DNA from: Muribaculaceae bacterium
Lineage (GTDB): Bacteria > Bacteroidota > Bacteroidia > Bacteroidales > Muribaculaceae
Direction of reading: 5' to 3'
Assembly (NCBI GenBank): GCA_017626045.1
Contig: JAGAJP010000054.1
Location: forward strand, 9,281-73,280
DNA: 64,000 nt
Shown here piece after piece: positions 17,973-27,618 of the stretch. The translations under genes and the position numbers were made by a program. Within the stretch, counting starts at the first letter, position 1. Every line of letters starts with the position of its first letter. The notes below the pieces were generated by a model. It was given only the letters and a program-made list of their open reading frames with translations. It had not been told where the DNA came from and made no database searches.

Positions 17973-20834
17973 TTAATACCCCAGTTCCTGTCCCTTCCGG
18001 GTCATAGGTATTCCTTCCTTCATCCATTGAGGCATCGGCTCACCTTTGAGATAGTGGTCAAAGAATTGCTGAAGCCTTACAGTGATGTCCTTTCGGTTGC
18101 GACGCTCCTTGAGGTTGTGTGATTCATTGTTGTATTGAAGCATCCACACCGGTTTGTGAAGACGTCTTAGCGCCATGAACATCTCAATGCCTTGATACCA
18201 GGGTACTGCGCCGTCATTGTCGTTGTGCATTATGAGCAGTGGGGTGTGCACCCGGTCGGCGTGAAACACCGGAGAGTTGGCTATGTAGAGTTCGGTCGCG
18301 TCCCAGAGGTTCCTGCCTATGCGGCTCTGGCCAAGCTCATACTGACCCTGTCTGGAACTGCCGCTTTCCCAACGTATGCCGCCGAATGCCGATGTCATGT
18401 TGCTCACAGGCGCTCCGCTCCCTGCACACGCAAACATATCGGTGCGGGTCACAAGATATGCTGTCTGGTAGCCGCCCCAGCTCTGTCCGTCGATGCCGAT
18501 GCGCTCCCTGTCTATCCATGGATATCGGTCACACATGGCTTCCGCCCCTGAGCATACGAAGTTCCACGCGCATTCGCCGGGAACTCCCGCAGTGTAGTGG
18601 ATGTCCGGCACAAACACTACATAGCCGCGGCTCACATAAAACGGATAGTTGACCCAGCTCCAGGATGGCTCCATATTGTAGTGGGTATAAAGGTCTTCCG
18701 AGCCTGTCTCGTAGAATACGCATAGCATCGGATACTTCTTTGTCGGGTCAAGGTGGTCGGGCACATACAGCACGCCGTCGGTCGGTGTCCCGTCGTATGC
18801 ATGCCATTTCACCAGTCGCGCTGTTCCCCATCTGTAGTCTTTTGCCTGTGGGTTGGAGTCGCTGACTCTTTCCGCTTTGGCAAAATTGCCGGAGGGCGCT
18901 ATCCATACGTCTGGCATCACCGAGAAGTTCGCTTCGACAAACGAATATGACGGTGCGTCCTTAGCCTGGCGAATCTGGCTGAAGCTCAATGTGTCGAGTA
19001 CCATATTTGTCGGCACGGACGGCTTGCCGTATTTCATGCCGGCGAGACCGTTGCGTTTGTCTTTGTAGTTGAAGAGGGTGAGTGTCATCAGGTCTCCTGT
19101 CTTCAGATTCCTGCGCTCTTTGGGATGGGTGTTGATATAGCGTATCTTGAGGTCGTTCTGTCTGCCGTAGCCTTTTGTTACGCATTCCGGAGCCGAATTG
19201 CCTGTCGGATCCACGCTCCAGATGTCGTGTCGGTCATATACCAGCATTCTGCTGTCGTCTGCGCTCCAGCCGGCGAGGCCATATTCCTGGCGCGCCCCGG
19301 GATGGTCATCTGCCTCGTCCCATACCGGATAGGGCACATTCGACGTGACATTGGCGGTTTTCCCGCTGCTTATGTCATATACATACCAGTCTCCGTCCTT
19401 AAACCAGTATACGAATTTGCCGTCCGGCGACAGTTTGGATGTGTCGGCATAAACTGTGCCTATCGGTCTGCGTTCACCGCTCGTCACATTTACTATGCTG
19501 ATCTCTTCCGGCGCATAGTAGTTCCATTGCTGGCTAACTATCTCCTTGCTCGGGTCGCGCAGAAGTGCCCAGTCGGCATCCCATCTGTCAGGTGCTTCGA
19601 TTGTGGCGAGAGGATTGGTGTCAAGCACACGGTAGTCGAGTGTGGACAGGTCTATCACTACCGGATAGGTCAGTTTCTTGAGTTCGTCAAGGTTTGATTT
19701 CTCCTGGGGTGGCGTATAGGGAGCGTCCCATCTCCATATGTCGAGCTCCGGACGTTCGAAACTTACCAGGGTTGTGTCGTCAGGCGCTATCTCCGGTGCT
19801 ATTCCTATCACAAGACGCTTGCCGTTGTGGCTGAATTCAGGTTTTGAATACTGGTTGACATACAGTTCCGTGCCTTGGTTTTGCTTCATCTTCTCGCTCC
19901 ATTCCTTGAGTAGTTTCTCCTGAAGTTCGGGATCCGACGAATGAGGCCGCTGAAGGTTGGGTCCCTTCCTGCCGGTGTCTGCGATAATCTCTATTTCCTG
20001 TGGATTGGCAAAACTGTTGTCGGCAGTGGCAACATATAGATGCATGCGTCTCGTGCCGGTTTCGTTGCTGTCGTTGCTGCACGTGTATGCAAGCCTGTCG
20101 CCTTGAGTGGAGAAGACGGGTGTCCCATAATGCTTCATCCCTTCGCTTATTGTCTGTTCTCCGCCGTTGGCTAAATCTATCACGCGTATTCCAGTCTTGT
20201 AGACGGAGTCATTTTTTGAAGGACTTATCACTGCGGCGAGGCGGCTTCCGTCTTCTGTATATTCATATTGTGATACATAGGGGAGCATGCGCGATTTGAG
20301 GTTCCTTAAATTGAGCAGCACAAGCGGAAGTCCGGCTTTTTCATCCTTCAGCTTGATGTCTTTGGTCAGTGTGGTGTCGCAACTGCTGTATGCCACCCAT
20401 TCACCTCCCTTTTCACCTGTCTTGTAGCCTTTGACTTGCGCTATTCGCGTTATTGCACCGCTCTTCAGGTCTACTATCGCAAGTGAGTCCTGTGGCAGGT
20501 CATATTTCTTTTTCTTATCTATCTTTGCCTGTCGTGTGTCTTTGAAGTAGGGCTTGATGCTGGATATGGCGTGGCGGCTGTCGGCGGTGAAGGTGAGGTT
20601 ATAGCCGCGGTCGATGATTATTTCTTTGCCGCTGCGGGTGTTGCGAAGGATGAGTTTCCCGTCCCCTTCCTGTGGATTGATGCTGAATGTCGCCCATATT
20701 CCGTCGTTGCTCACTGAGTGGTTCTCCACTTTCTTCCAGTCGTCGAAACTTGTGTGGTCGAGAACTTTTTTTCCCTCTGCATGCCCGGCGAGCATTGCCG
20801 CTATGGCAATCAGTGTTGTTAGTGTCTTTTTCAT
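17973..20834 (-). CDS. S9 family serine peptidase (prolyl oligopeptidase/DPP-like) with an N-terminal beta-propeller region
   Basis: 953 aa with a signal peptide. The C-terminal alpha/beta-hydrolase domain carries the nucleophile motif GQSWGGY, and later ..HNDNDGAV.. and ..ESHNL.. Confidence 0.85.
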   Translation of the reverse strand: MKKTLTTLIAIAAMLAGHAEGKKVLDHTSFDDWKKVENHSVSNDGIWATFSINPQEGDGKLILRNTRSGKEIIIDRGYNLTFTADSRHAISSIKPYFKDTRQAKIDKKKKYDLPQDSLAIVDLKSGAITRIAQVKGYKTGEKGGEWVAYSSCDTTLTKDIKLKDEKAGLPLVLLNLRNLKSRMLPYVSQYEYTEDGSRLAAVISPSKNDSVYKTGIRVIDLANGGEQTISEGMKHYGTPVFSTQGDRLAYTCSNDSNETGTRRMHLYVATADNSFANPQEIEIIADTGRKGPNLQRPHSSDPELQEKLLKEWSEKMKQNQGTELYVNQYSKPEFSHNGKRLVIGIAPEIAPDDTTLVSFERPELDIWRWDAPYTPPQEKSNLDELKKLTYPVVIDLSTLDYRVLDTNPLATIEAPDRWDADWALLRDPSKEIVSQQWNYYAPEEISIVNVTSGERRPIGTVYADTSKLSPDGKFVYWFKDGDWYVYDISSGKTANVTSNVPYPVWDEADDHPGARQEYGLAGWSADDSRMLVYDRHDIWSVDPTGNSAPECVTKGYGRQNDLKIRYINTHPKERRNLKTGDLMTLTLFNYKDKRNGLAGMKYGKPSVPTNMVLDTLSFSQIRQAKDAPSYSFVEANFSVMPDVWIAPSGNFAKAERVSDSNPQAKDYRWGTARLVKWHAYDGTPTDGVLYVPDHLDPTKKYPMLCVFYETGSEDLYTHYNMEPSWSWVNYPFYVSRGYVVFVPDIHYTAGVPGECAWNFVCSGAEAMCDRYPWIDRERIGIDGQSWGGYQTAYLVTRTDMFACAGSGAPVSNMTSAFGGIRWESGSSRQGQYELGQSRIGRNLWDATELYIANSPVFHADRVHTPLLIMHNDNDGAVPWYQGIEMFMALRRLHKPVWMLQYNNESHNLKERRNRKDITVRLQQFFDHYLKGEPMPQWMKEGIPMTRKGQELGY

Positions 20835-20856
20835 ATTAAGACCGGTGATTAATGGT

Positions 20857-22071
20857 TTAACAGAACTTCAGGTCATGTCCCATGCGCTCCTTCTTGGTGT
20901 GCATGTAGAAACTGTTGTATTTATTAGGCTTCACTTCGAGAGGAACGTTTTCCACTATCTCTATTCCGAATCCCTCAAGGCCAATGCGTTTCATTGGATT
21001 GTTGCTCAGCAGTCTCATCTTCTTGATTCCGAGTTCATGAAGTATAGACGCGCCTACGCCATAGTTTCGTTCGTCTGCCTTATGGCCGAGGTGTAGGTTG
21101 GCGTCTACCGTGTCAAGTCCCTCTTCCTGAAGTTTATATGCCTTGATCTTATCCATCAGCCCGATTCCTCTTCCTTCCTGATTGAGATATACGATGACTC
21201 CACGTCCTTCTTTCTCTATCATTTCCATCGCCTTGTGAAGCTGCTCGCCGCATTCGCAGCGAAGGGAGCCGAAGATGTCGCCGGTGGCGCAGCTGCTGTG
21301 CACCCTTACGAGAATGGGGTCGCCGTTCGTTACTTCCCCTTTGATAAGTGCGATGTGCTCCAGACCGTTGTCTTTCTGGCGGAAGGGAACAAGCCGGAAG
21401 TGGCCGTAGGCGGTCGGCATGTCAACTTCGACTCCTTTTTCTATCAGGTTGTCATGGCGTAGCCTGTAGCTTATCAGGTCGCGGATGCTTATCAGTTTCA
21501 TGCCCCATTCGTCGGCATGCTTTCTGAGTTCCGGAAGACGTGCCATGCTTCCGTCTTCGTTCATGATTTCCATCAGTACGCCTGCGGGCTGTAGACCTGC
21601 AAGACGCGCGAGGTCTACGGCTGCCTCTGTGTGGCCGGCGCGCTCAAGAACGCCTCTGTCCTGGGCATATAGCGGGTTGATGTGTCCCGGCCTTCCGAAG
21701 GTTGAGGCGGTTGATTTGGGGTCGGCGAGCGCCTTCAGGGTCTCGGCTCTGTCGTGGGCGCTTACTCCGGTAGTGCAGCCTTCAAGCTTGTCTACTGTGA
21801 TGGTAAACGGTGTGCCGAGCATCGATGTGTTTTCTTCTACCTGGCACCCGAGCTGCAGCTCCTTGCATCTCTTCATGGTCAGTGGCGCGCAGAGCACTCC
21901 TCGTGCGTTCGACAGCATGAAGTTGACTTTTTCCGGCGTTATCTTTTCTGCCGCTATTATCAGGTCGCCTTCGTTTTCGCGGTCTTCATCGTCTACGACT
22001 ATCACGAATTTTCCGTTGCGGAAGTCGTCGATCGCTTCTTCTATAGGGTCAAGCTTTATGTCTTTTTCCAT
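20857..22071 (-). CDS. ribBA: Bifunctional 3,4-dihydroxy-2-butanone-4-phosphate synthase / GTP cyclohydrolase II
   Basis: [11 protein letters not shown] (RibB) and ..[22 protein letters not shown].. (RibA zinc site). 404 aa. Confidence 0.93.
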   Translation of the reverse strand: MEKDIKLDPIEEAIDDFRNGKFVIVVDDEDRENEGDLIIAAEKITPEKVNFMLSNARGVLCAPLTMKRCKELQLGCQVEENTSMLGTPFTITVDKLEGCTTGVSAHDRAETLKALADPKSTASTFGRPGHINPLYAQDRGVLERAGHTEAAVDLARLAGLQPAGVLMEIMNEDGSMARLPELRKHADEWGMKLISIRDLISYRLRHDNLIEKGVEVDMPTAYGHFRLVPFRQKDNGLEHIALIKGEVTNGDPILVRVHSSCATGDIFGSLRCECGEQLHKAMEMIEKEGRGVIVYLNQEGRGIGLMDKIKAYKLQEEGLDTVDANLHLGHKADERNYGVGASILHELGIKKMRLLSNNPMKRIGLEGFGIEIVENVPLEVKPNKYNSFYMHTKKERMGHDLKFC

Positions 22072-22085
22072 AATTCTTTGAATTG

Positions 22086-22658
22086 TCAGTTTTCTGTTTC
22101 TGTTGGTGCGTCATCGTGGGTGTCCTCCTTTCGGAAGAGGGAGAAGTTCACCGAGCCATACGCGCGGTGCCGGATGAATCCCGGGAGCGGACTGAAGTCG
22201 TGGCTGCTGTTGTGTTCCACTATCACGAGACTCCCGTCTTTTACTGTTCCCGAGTTGAGTATAAGTTCCGGTATGCTCCCGAAGTCAGGATGGTCATACG
22301 GAGGGTCGGCAAATACTATGTCGTAGGCCTTCCTGCAGCTTGCAAGATATTTGAACACATCACCCCTTACCACCCGAAGTCCGTTGTCGTTTAGTTTCTC
22401 TTTTACGCTCCTGATGAAGTTGGCTTGTGTCGAGGCTGCCTCTATGGCCGTCACCTGCCTGGCTCCTCGCGACAGAAATTCAAGACTTATTGCGCCTGTG
22501 CCTGCGAATAGATCCAATACATCTTCTCCTTCGATGTCTTCAATGTTCTCTATTACATTGAAGATATTTTCCTTGGCGAAGTCCGTGGTGGGGCGTGCCG
22601 TTATGTTGCGCGGCACGTCAAAACGCCTTTTACCGTATTTACCTCTGATGATTCGCAT
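22086..22658 (-). CDS. rsmD: 16S rRNA (guanine966-N2)-methyltransferase
   Basis: [33 protein letters not shown] are the RsmD motifs. Confidence 0.88.
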   Translation of the reverse strand: MRIIRGKYGKRRFDVPRNITARPTTDFAKENIFNVIENIEDIEGEDVLDLFAGTGAISLEFLSRGARQVTAIEAASTQANFIRSVKEKLNDNGLRVVRGDVFKYLASCRKAYDIVFADPPYDHPDFGSIPELILNSGTVKDGSLVIVEHNSSHDFSPLPGFIRHRAYGSVNFSLFRKEDTHDDAPTETEN

Positions 22659-23469
22659 GTCTCTTGTTCCTGTTGATTGCTAAATATACTGCCGAGGGTA
22701 TCGCCTTCCCGTCAAGGTCATGATTTTTCTGGCTTACCGTTTTCATATATGCCGTCAGTGTCTTGCCGAGACTCTGTCGGATTTCCCGGAGTCCGCTGAA
22801 CACGGCTTCCGTTTCTTTCGGGTTGACCTCGTACGTCTCAAGTGTGTTGATGAGGGCGTACGCTATGTCGCCCGGTGTCTTCCATCTATGGGTCGCGGCA
22901 CTCTGCAGCACACCTCTGTCGAGTAGCACTATATCCACGCTTGTTTCTCGTATGTCGATCACGCACTTGCTCCCGTCATGGGGTTGCATCCCTGCTTCCT
23001 TTAGCAGGGATTGCTGTGACCATATGCGTGCTCCGGAAAATGACCGTTGCATGAATGATCTAAGTCCCGGACATAGAGAGTACGCGACCTTCTCTTTCCC
23101 GAGGTCGTCCACCATGACGTCATAGCCGTCGCCTCCATAAACCCCTATATATGCCTCCGCGCAGTCCTCGTCGGATGGATAGAGTTCCGATGGAAGCCAA
23201 AGCTGTCGGTCGCATTCTATGATGATGTCGGCTGAATAGTCGTCGAGAACTGTAGGATTGTCATACACGGCGTTTTCTATTCGGCTTAAGAGACCGTCTT
23301 CGCTTTCTTGCCACGTCTCCTCCATGATGATTCGCGGCGCTCTCCCAAGGTTTCTGTCGGGCACAAGCCATGCCCCGATTCCTCTCGATGATATGTTCAG
23401 AGCCAAGTGCCATTGGCCGGTGTCGAGCATGTCGGCTCGGCTTACATTGAGGGTAGATTGTTCACTCAT
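22639..23469 (-). CDS. DUF3822 family protein
   Basis: 276 aa. It overlaps and precedes rsmD, as is typical for DUF3822 in Bacteroidota. The call rests on synteny and general resemblance, not a strong motif. Confidence 0.6.
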   Translation of the reverse strand: MSEQSTLNVSRADMLDTGQWHLALNISSRGIGAWLVPDRNLGRAPRIIMEETWQESEDGLLSRIENAVYDNPTVLDDYSADIIIECDRQLWLPSELYPSDEDCAEAYIGVYGGDGYDVMVDDLGKEKVAYSLCPGLRSFMQRSFSGARIWSQQSLLKEAGMQPHDGSKCVIDIRETSVDIVLLDRGVLQSAATHRWKTPGDIAYALINTLETYEVNPKETEAVFSGLREIRQSLGKTLTAYMKTVSQKNHDLDGKAIPSAVYLAINRNKRHANHQR

Positions 23470-23547
23470 ACTGCAAAATTAACAATAATTCCGGCTAAAA
23501 ACAACTTATCTCTTGCCTGATTCACTTTTTTTTTTCAACTTTGCATC

Positions 23548-24909
23548 ATGACACGTGAAATTCGCGATTCTAAAGGGGGGATGGACCGCCATATTCTGAG
23601 GATGACGCTCCCGACTGTACTAAGCAATATCGTGGTGCCCTTGCTGGCGCTCTGCGATACTGCCGTGGCGGGACACATGCCCGGTGAGATTTTTCTCGCC
23701 GGTGTGGCGCTCGGCTCGCTGATGGTCAGTACTGCCTACTGGCTTTTCAGTTTTCTAAGAGCCGGCACTTCCGGCATTACGGCTACCGCTTTCGGTTCCG
23801 CCGATCGCCTTGCTATGGGATATGCTCTTGCAAGGTCCCTTTCTCTCGCTCTGCTCCTCGGGCTGCTGATCATTGCGGTTCATGACCCTCTCTGCGATTT
23901 GCTCCTTTGGGCCATGGGCGCGTCTCCTGATGTGACCGAACTCGCCGCAAGATATTTCTCTATCTGTATCTTCGGCGCTGTACCGATGATGATTCTTACC
24001 GCTGTTTCCGGTTGGCTTATCGGAATGCAGTCTACCGCCATGGCTATGGTGGTGAATGTGTCGGTGTGTATTGTGAATGTGGTGTTGACGCTTTCTTTTG
24101 TATATCTTGCCGATATGGGGTTTGATGGAATTGCTTGCGGGACTCTTGTCTCTCAGTGGTTTGTCTTGATTCCTGCCGCATTTATTTTGGCGCGTATTTG
24201 TAGAGCCCACGATATCAGGTTCGTTTTCTCTCGTAGGCAGTTTTTCCTTGCCCGAGAATGGAAGAGATTGTTTGGCGTCAATTCAAATCTCTTTTTCCGT
24301 TCGGCTTGCATGATAGCCGCTACAATGATTCTTTATGCCTATGGTGCCAGGCTTGGCGATGTGGTGATCTGTGCAAATGCCGTGGTTAATCAGTTGTTCT
24401 TGTTTTTCTCTTATTTTATGGACGGCTTTGCCTTTACCGGTGAGGCTCTCGTCGGACGATTCTCCGGTGCCGACGACAGGTCCGCGCTTGCGCTTGCCAT
24501 CCGAAGGCTCCTGTTCTGGACCTTGGTGATGACTCTGACGTTTGTGGCTGTCTATGCTGTCGGACTCCATACGTTCGCTTCGCTCCTTAGCGAGTCGGAA
24601 GCGGTAGTGGCGAGTGTGGAGAGTTGTTTCCTCTGGGTGCTCGCTATTCCGGCTGCCGGTGCTGTGGCGTTTATTTTCGACGGATTTTATGTCGGTCTGA
24701 CGAGAACGCGTCCCATGCTTTTGTCTACTGCCGCCGGACTTGCCGTCTTTGTTGCGCTCCTCTTTGCGGGAGAGCATACGCAATGGATGCTCTGGCTTTC
24801 ATTCGTGGCATACCTCGCCGTAAGGTCGATAGTCCTCGTGGCTCTATTCCCATTCAATTCCTTAGGATTAACCTCTCGCTTAAAACATAAAAATCAAAAC
24901 TTAATATGA
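23548..24909 (+). CDS. MATE family efflux transporter (DinF-like)
   Basis: 453 aa with about 12 TM segments. The N-terminus ..ILRMTLPTVLSNIVVPLLALCDTAVAGH.. is typical of MATE transporters. Confidence 0.85.
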   Translation: MTREIRDSKGGMDRHILRMTLPTVLSNIVVPLLALCDTAVAGHMPGEIFLAGVALGSLMVSTAYWLFSFLRAGTSGITATAFGSADRLAMGYALARSLSLALLLGLLIIAVHDPLCDLLLWAMGASPDVTELAARYFSICIFGAVPMMILTAVSGWLIGMQSTAMAMVVNVSVCIVNVVLTLSFVYLADMGFDGIACGTLVSQWFVLIPAAFILARICRAHDIRFVFSRRQFFLAREWKRLFGVNSNLFFRSACMIAATMILYAYGARLGDVVICANAVVNQLFLFFSYFMDGFAFTGEALVGRFSGADDRSALALAIRRLLFWTLVMTLTFVAVYAVGLHTFASLLSESEAVVASVESCFLWVLAIPAAGAVAFIFDGFYVGLTRTRPMLLSTAAGLAVFVALLFAGEHTQWMLWLSFVAYLAVRSIVLVALFPFNSLGLTSRLKHKNQNLI

Positions 24910-25757
24910 TACAATTCATAAATGCCAAGTTGAATCTTGGACTCAATATCGTTTCCCGCAGGCCGGATGGCTATCATGATCTTGAAACTGTTTTTTATCC
25001 CGTAGGCGTTCACAACGGAACCCCGCGAAATCCGGAACCGTTCTGCGACATTCTGGAAATCACCCCCTCAGCCTCTACCGATTTCATTTTTACAGGACGT
25101 ACCGTGGACTGCCCTCTGGAGAAAAATCTTGTCTTCAAGGCTTGGCGTCTCTTCAAGGATTGTTTCCGGGATCTGCCTCATTTTTCCGTCAGGCTCGAGA
25201 AGCATCTTCCCGACGGTGCCGGTCTTGGCGGAGGTAGCGCCGACGCTTCTTTCGTTTTGAAGTCACTAAATCAGTTGTCGGGATACCCTTTCTCCGATTC
25301 CCAACTTGCGGATATGGCTCTCCGTCTCGGCGCCGACTGTCCGTTTTTTATCTATAATGCCCCTTGCTTTGCAACAGGAGTGGGGGAGGTGTTGACACCG
25401 TGTCCTCTCGACCTGTCGGGTTGGTGGGCACTTCTCGTAAAACCTGAAGTCTCTGTCTCTACTAAGGAGGCTTTTGCCGGTGTGGTTCCGAGACGTCCCG
25501 CAAGGTCGCTCGTTGATATCGTTCGGTTGCCGGTGGAGGAGTGGAACGGTTTGATGGTTAATGATTTCGAGGCTTCGATATTCCCTAATCATCCAATTCT
25601 AAGTTCCATTAAGGGTGCTTTGCTCGAGGAGGGTGCGGCTTTCGCTTCTATGTCGGGTTCCGGTTCTACTGTCTTCGGTTTGTTCAGAGACCGTGAGGCT
25701 GCCGCAGTTGCTATGAATCAATTTGATGATTGCTTTACCGCTCTCTGCTTGTTATGA
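24906..25757 (+). CDS. ispE: 4-(cytidine 5'-diphospho)-2-C-methyl-D-erythritol kinase
   Basis: NAKLNLGLNIV..RPDGYHDLETVF.. and GHMP motif PDGAGLGGGSADAS. 283 aa. Confidence 0.9.
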   Translation: MIQFINAKLNLGLNIVSRRPDGYHDLETVFYPVGVHNGTPRNPEPFCDILEITPSASTDFIFTGRTVDCPLEKNLVFKAWRLFKDCFRDLPHFSVRLEKHLPDGAGLGGGSADASFVLKSLNQLSGYPFSDSQLADMALRLGADCPFFIYNAPCFATGVGEVLTPCPLDLSGWWALLVKPEVSVSTKEAFAGVVPRRPARSLVDIVRLPVEEWNGLMVNDFEASIFPNHPILSSIKGALLEEGAAFASMSGSGSTVFGLFRDREAAAVAMNQFDDCFTALCLL

Positions 25758-25774
25758 GGCGTTTATAAAACAAA

Positions 25775-25855
25775 AACAGCCACTTTCACAAGCGACTGTT
25801 CTTTAAAAGTTTTCCATAATACTTTCGAACTAACCTAACATCATGAAACGATTTT
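25775..25855. repeat. Duplicated noncoding module, copy A: hairpin plus a 29-nt perfect core
   Basis: The hairpin at 25775-25800 is followed about 26 nt later by GAACTAACCTAACATCATGAAACGATTTT (25827-25855), which is identical to 58028-58056. Overall spacing and the hairpin sequence are homologous to copy B. Confidence 0.7.
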
Positions 25856-26126
25856 ATACTATCATAACAATTGCACATTAAAATTGTTCTAAGAATAGAA
25901 GCTTTTTTTGAAATTGTTTCGATTTATTTCTATCCTTCAGAGTTTCGTGTGGACACCTACATATGGTAGTGTCTATGCTTAGTGCTATGTGGTTCAATAA
26001 ATAAGGATATGTGTAATGTTCTATGGGAATACCGATTACCTGGTAAGGACGCTCGGCTCAAGCGTCCTAAAGGGGATGCTGTCCTATTTGAACCCCATTG
26101 TCGGTGCCTGCGCCCAAATAGGATGA

Positions 26127-26906
26127 ATGAATAATATTGTGAAAATATTTTTTTCTATGCGAATGAAGTTGCCAAATTATAGATGGAGGTGTTTCTTTAC
26201 ATTTCTCTTTTGCTTGTTTTTTAACGGATTGACCGTTGCTTCTGACGTTTCTCTCCGTGTGACCGATAATCTTTGTGAACTACAATTTGTTGACCGCGAG
26301 GATATTGTGGAGGTGGTCTTTGCCGACGGCTGTGGTATCGTCGAGATACCCGACTATGCCTTTCTCGGTTGCTCTCGTTTAAGAAAGGTCGTGTTGCCAA
26401 ACGGTATTAAGAAGATTGGCTTTCAGGCTTTCTGCGGGTGCAGTTCCCTTGAGTCTGTTGTTTTCCCTTCTTCTCTTGAGGATATCGGTTCTAATGCCTT
26501 TGTTAATTGTTCGGCTCTTGATTCTGTATCTTTCCCCGATGGACTGAAGCATATCGGGCATAATGCGTTCTCGTTTTGTGTCTCTCTCCGGGACGTGTGG
26601 CTGCCCGACAGTCTCCGTGAAATCGAGTCTTATGCGTTTTCAGACTGCGATTCATTATTGTCGGCAAGACTTCCGGCAAATTCCTCTATGCTTGGCGAAT
26701 TGATTTTCAACTGTTGCCCAGCGTTGGAATTGCTCATCGAGCCTTCTGCTGACGTCCCTCCCTTCGATTGCGGAAGTTTCATCTTCGACCCCATAGATTC
26801 AGCCGCTTATGAAAGATGTATCTTGAAAGTCCCGGCAACATCTCTGATTCATTACCGAAATTCCCCCTCCTGGAGTCTCTTCAAAACAATCCAACCAATA
26901 AAATAA
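26127..26906 (+). CDS. BspA-type leucine-rich repeat (LRR_5) surface or secreted protein
   Basis: Signal peptide, followed by repeated ~23-aa units (IPDYAFLGCSRLRKVVLPNGIKKIGFQAFCGCSSLESVVFPSSLEDIGSNAF...). Confidence 0.8.
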   Translation: MNNIVKIFFSMRMKLPNYRWRCFFTFLFCLFFNGLTVASDVSLRVTDNLCELQFVDREDIVEVVFADGCGIVEIPDYAFLGCSRLRKVVLPNGIKKIGFQAFCGCSSLESVVFPSSLEDIGSNAFVNCSALDSVSFPDGLKHIGHNAFSFCVSLRDVWLPDSLREIESYAFSDCDSLLSARLPANSSMLGELIFNCCPALELLIEPSADVPPFDCGSFIFDPIDSAAYERCILKVPATSLIHYRNSPSWSLFKTIQPIK

Positions 26907-26908
26907 CT

Positions 26909-26962
26909 CTCAGACTGCTCAGACCGGTCCGACCTGTCTGACCAGTCCGACAAGTCCGACCC
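26909..26962 (+). repeat. 9-nt tandem repeat x6 (consensus GTCCGACNN) immediately after the LRR gene stop codon
   Basis: The units are CTCAGACTG, CTCAGACCG, GTCCGACCT, GTCTGACCA, GTCCGACAA and GTCCGACCC. Read in the frame of the LRR gene, they give LSD CSD RSD LSD QSD KSD. Confidence 0.8.
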
Positions 26963-26969
26963 TTCCCTC

Positions 26970-27533
26970 TTAAGTCTCCGAAAAAATCTCTTCTATTTTC
27001 TTGGCAGCATGATGATAGCTGGCTTTCAATGCGCCTACAGATGTCCCTAATATTTCCGAGATTTCCTCATATTTCATCTCGTCGAAATAGCGCATATTGA
27101 ATACAAGTCTCTGCTTTTCCGGCAGTTTTGCCACCGCTCTCAGCAATTCGGCATGTAGCTCTTCTCCATCAAAGTAGGGATCAGACTCTATGTTCTGCAA
27201 TAGATAGGAGTCGTCTCCATCTTCCGATGTGATATTGTTTCGAGTACGCTCTTTATTCAGAAAATTAATCGATTCGTTGATGGCTATCTTGAATAGCCAT
27301 GTCGAAAGTTTGGCGTCTCCGCGAAAGTTCTGCAGGTTGTTCCAGGCTTTTAGAAACACATTCTGAAGTATGTCGTCGGCGTCCTCATGCCTTACGACCA
27401 GTTTCCTGATCTGCCAGTACACAGGCTCTCCATATACGCGCATCAAGGTGTCGAAGGCAGCTGACGCTGTCTTCGGATCTTGCAGTTGCGCCACAAGCGA
27501 CGCTTCATCTATCGGTAGCCCGGTATATCCCAT
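26970..27533 (-). CDS. ECF-type RNA polymerase sigma-70 factor
   Basis: 187 aa. Region 2 (..DADDILQNVFLKAW..) and region 4 (..LPEKQRLVFNMRYFDEMKYEEISEILGTSVGALKASYHHA..). Confidence 0.9.
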   Translation of the reverse strand: MGYTGLPIDEASLVAQLQDPKTASAAFDTLMRVYGEPVYWQIRKLVVRHEDADDILQNVFLKAWNNLQNFRGDAKLSTWLFKIAINESINFLNKERTRNNITSEDGDDSYLLQNIESDPYFDGEELHAELLRAVAKLPEKQRLVFNMRYFDEMKYEEISEILGTSVGALKASYHHAAKKIEEIFSET

Positions 27534-27618
27534 TTCCCTACAAAATTAATACAATTTTCCCGATTCCACAAAATTTCTCCGAATTCCTGCGAAAATCTTC
27601 CCGGTCTTTCGGGCATTT

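Noticed and set aside
25842-25880. Mini-ORFs starting in the 29-nt repeat core (MKRFYTIITIAH* at 25842, MKRFSLLL* at 58043), considered as conserved small proteins or leader peptides.
   Set aside because: The two peptides share only the four residues encoded by the identical core, then diverge in both sequence and length. The conservation is at the nucleotide level, not the peptide level.
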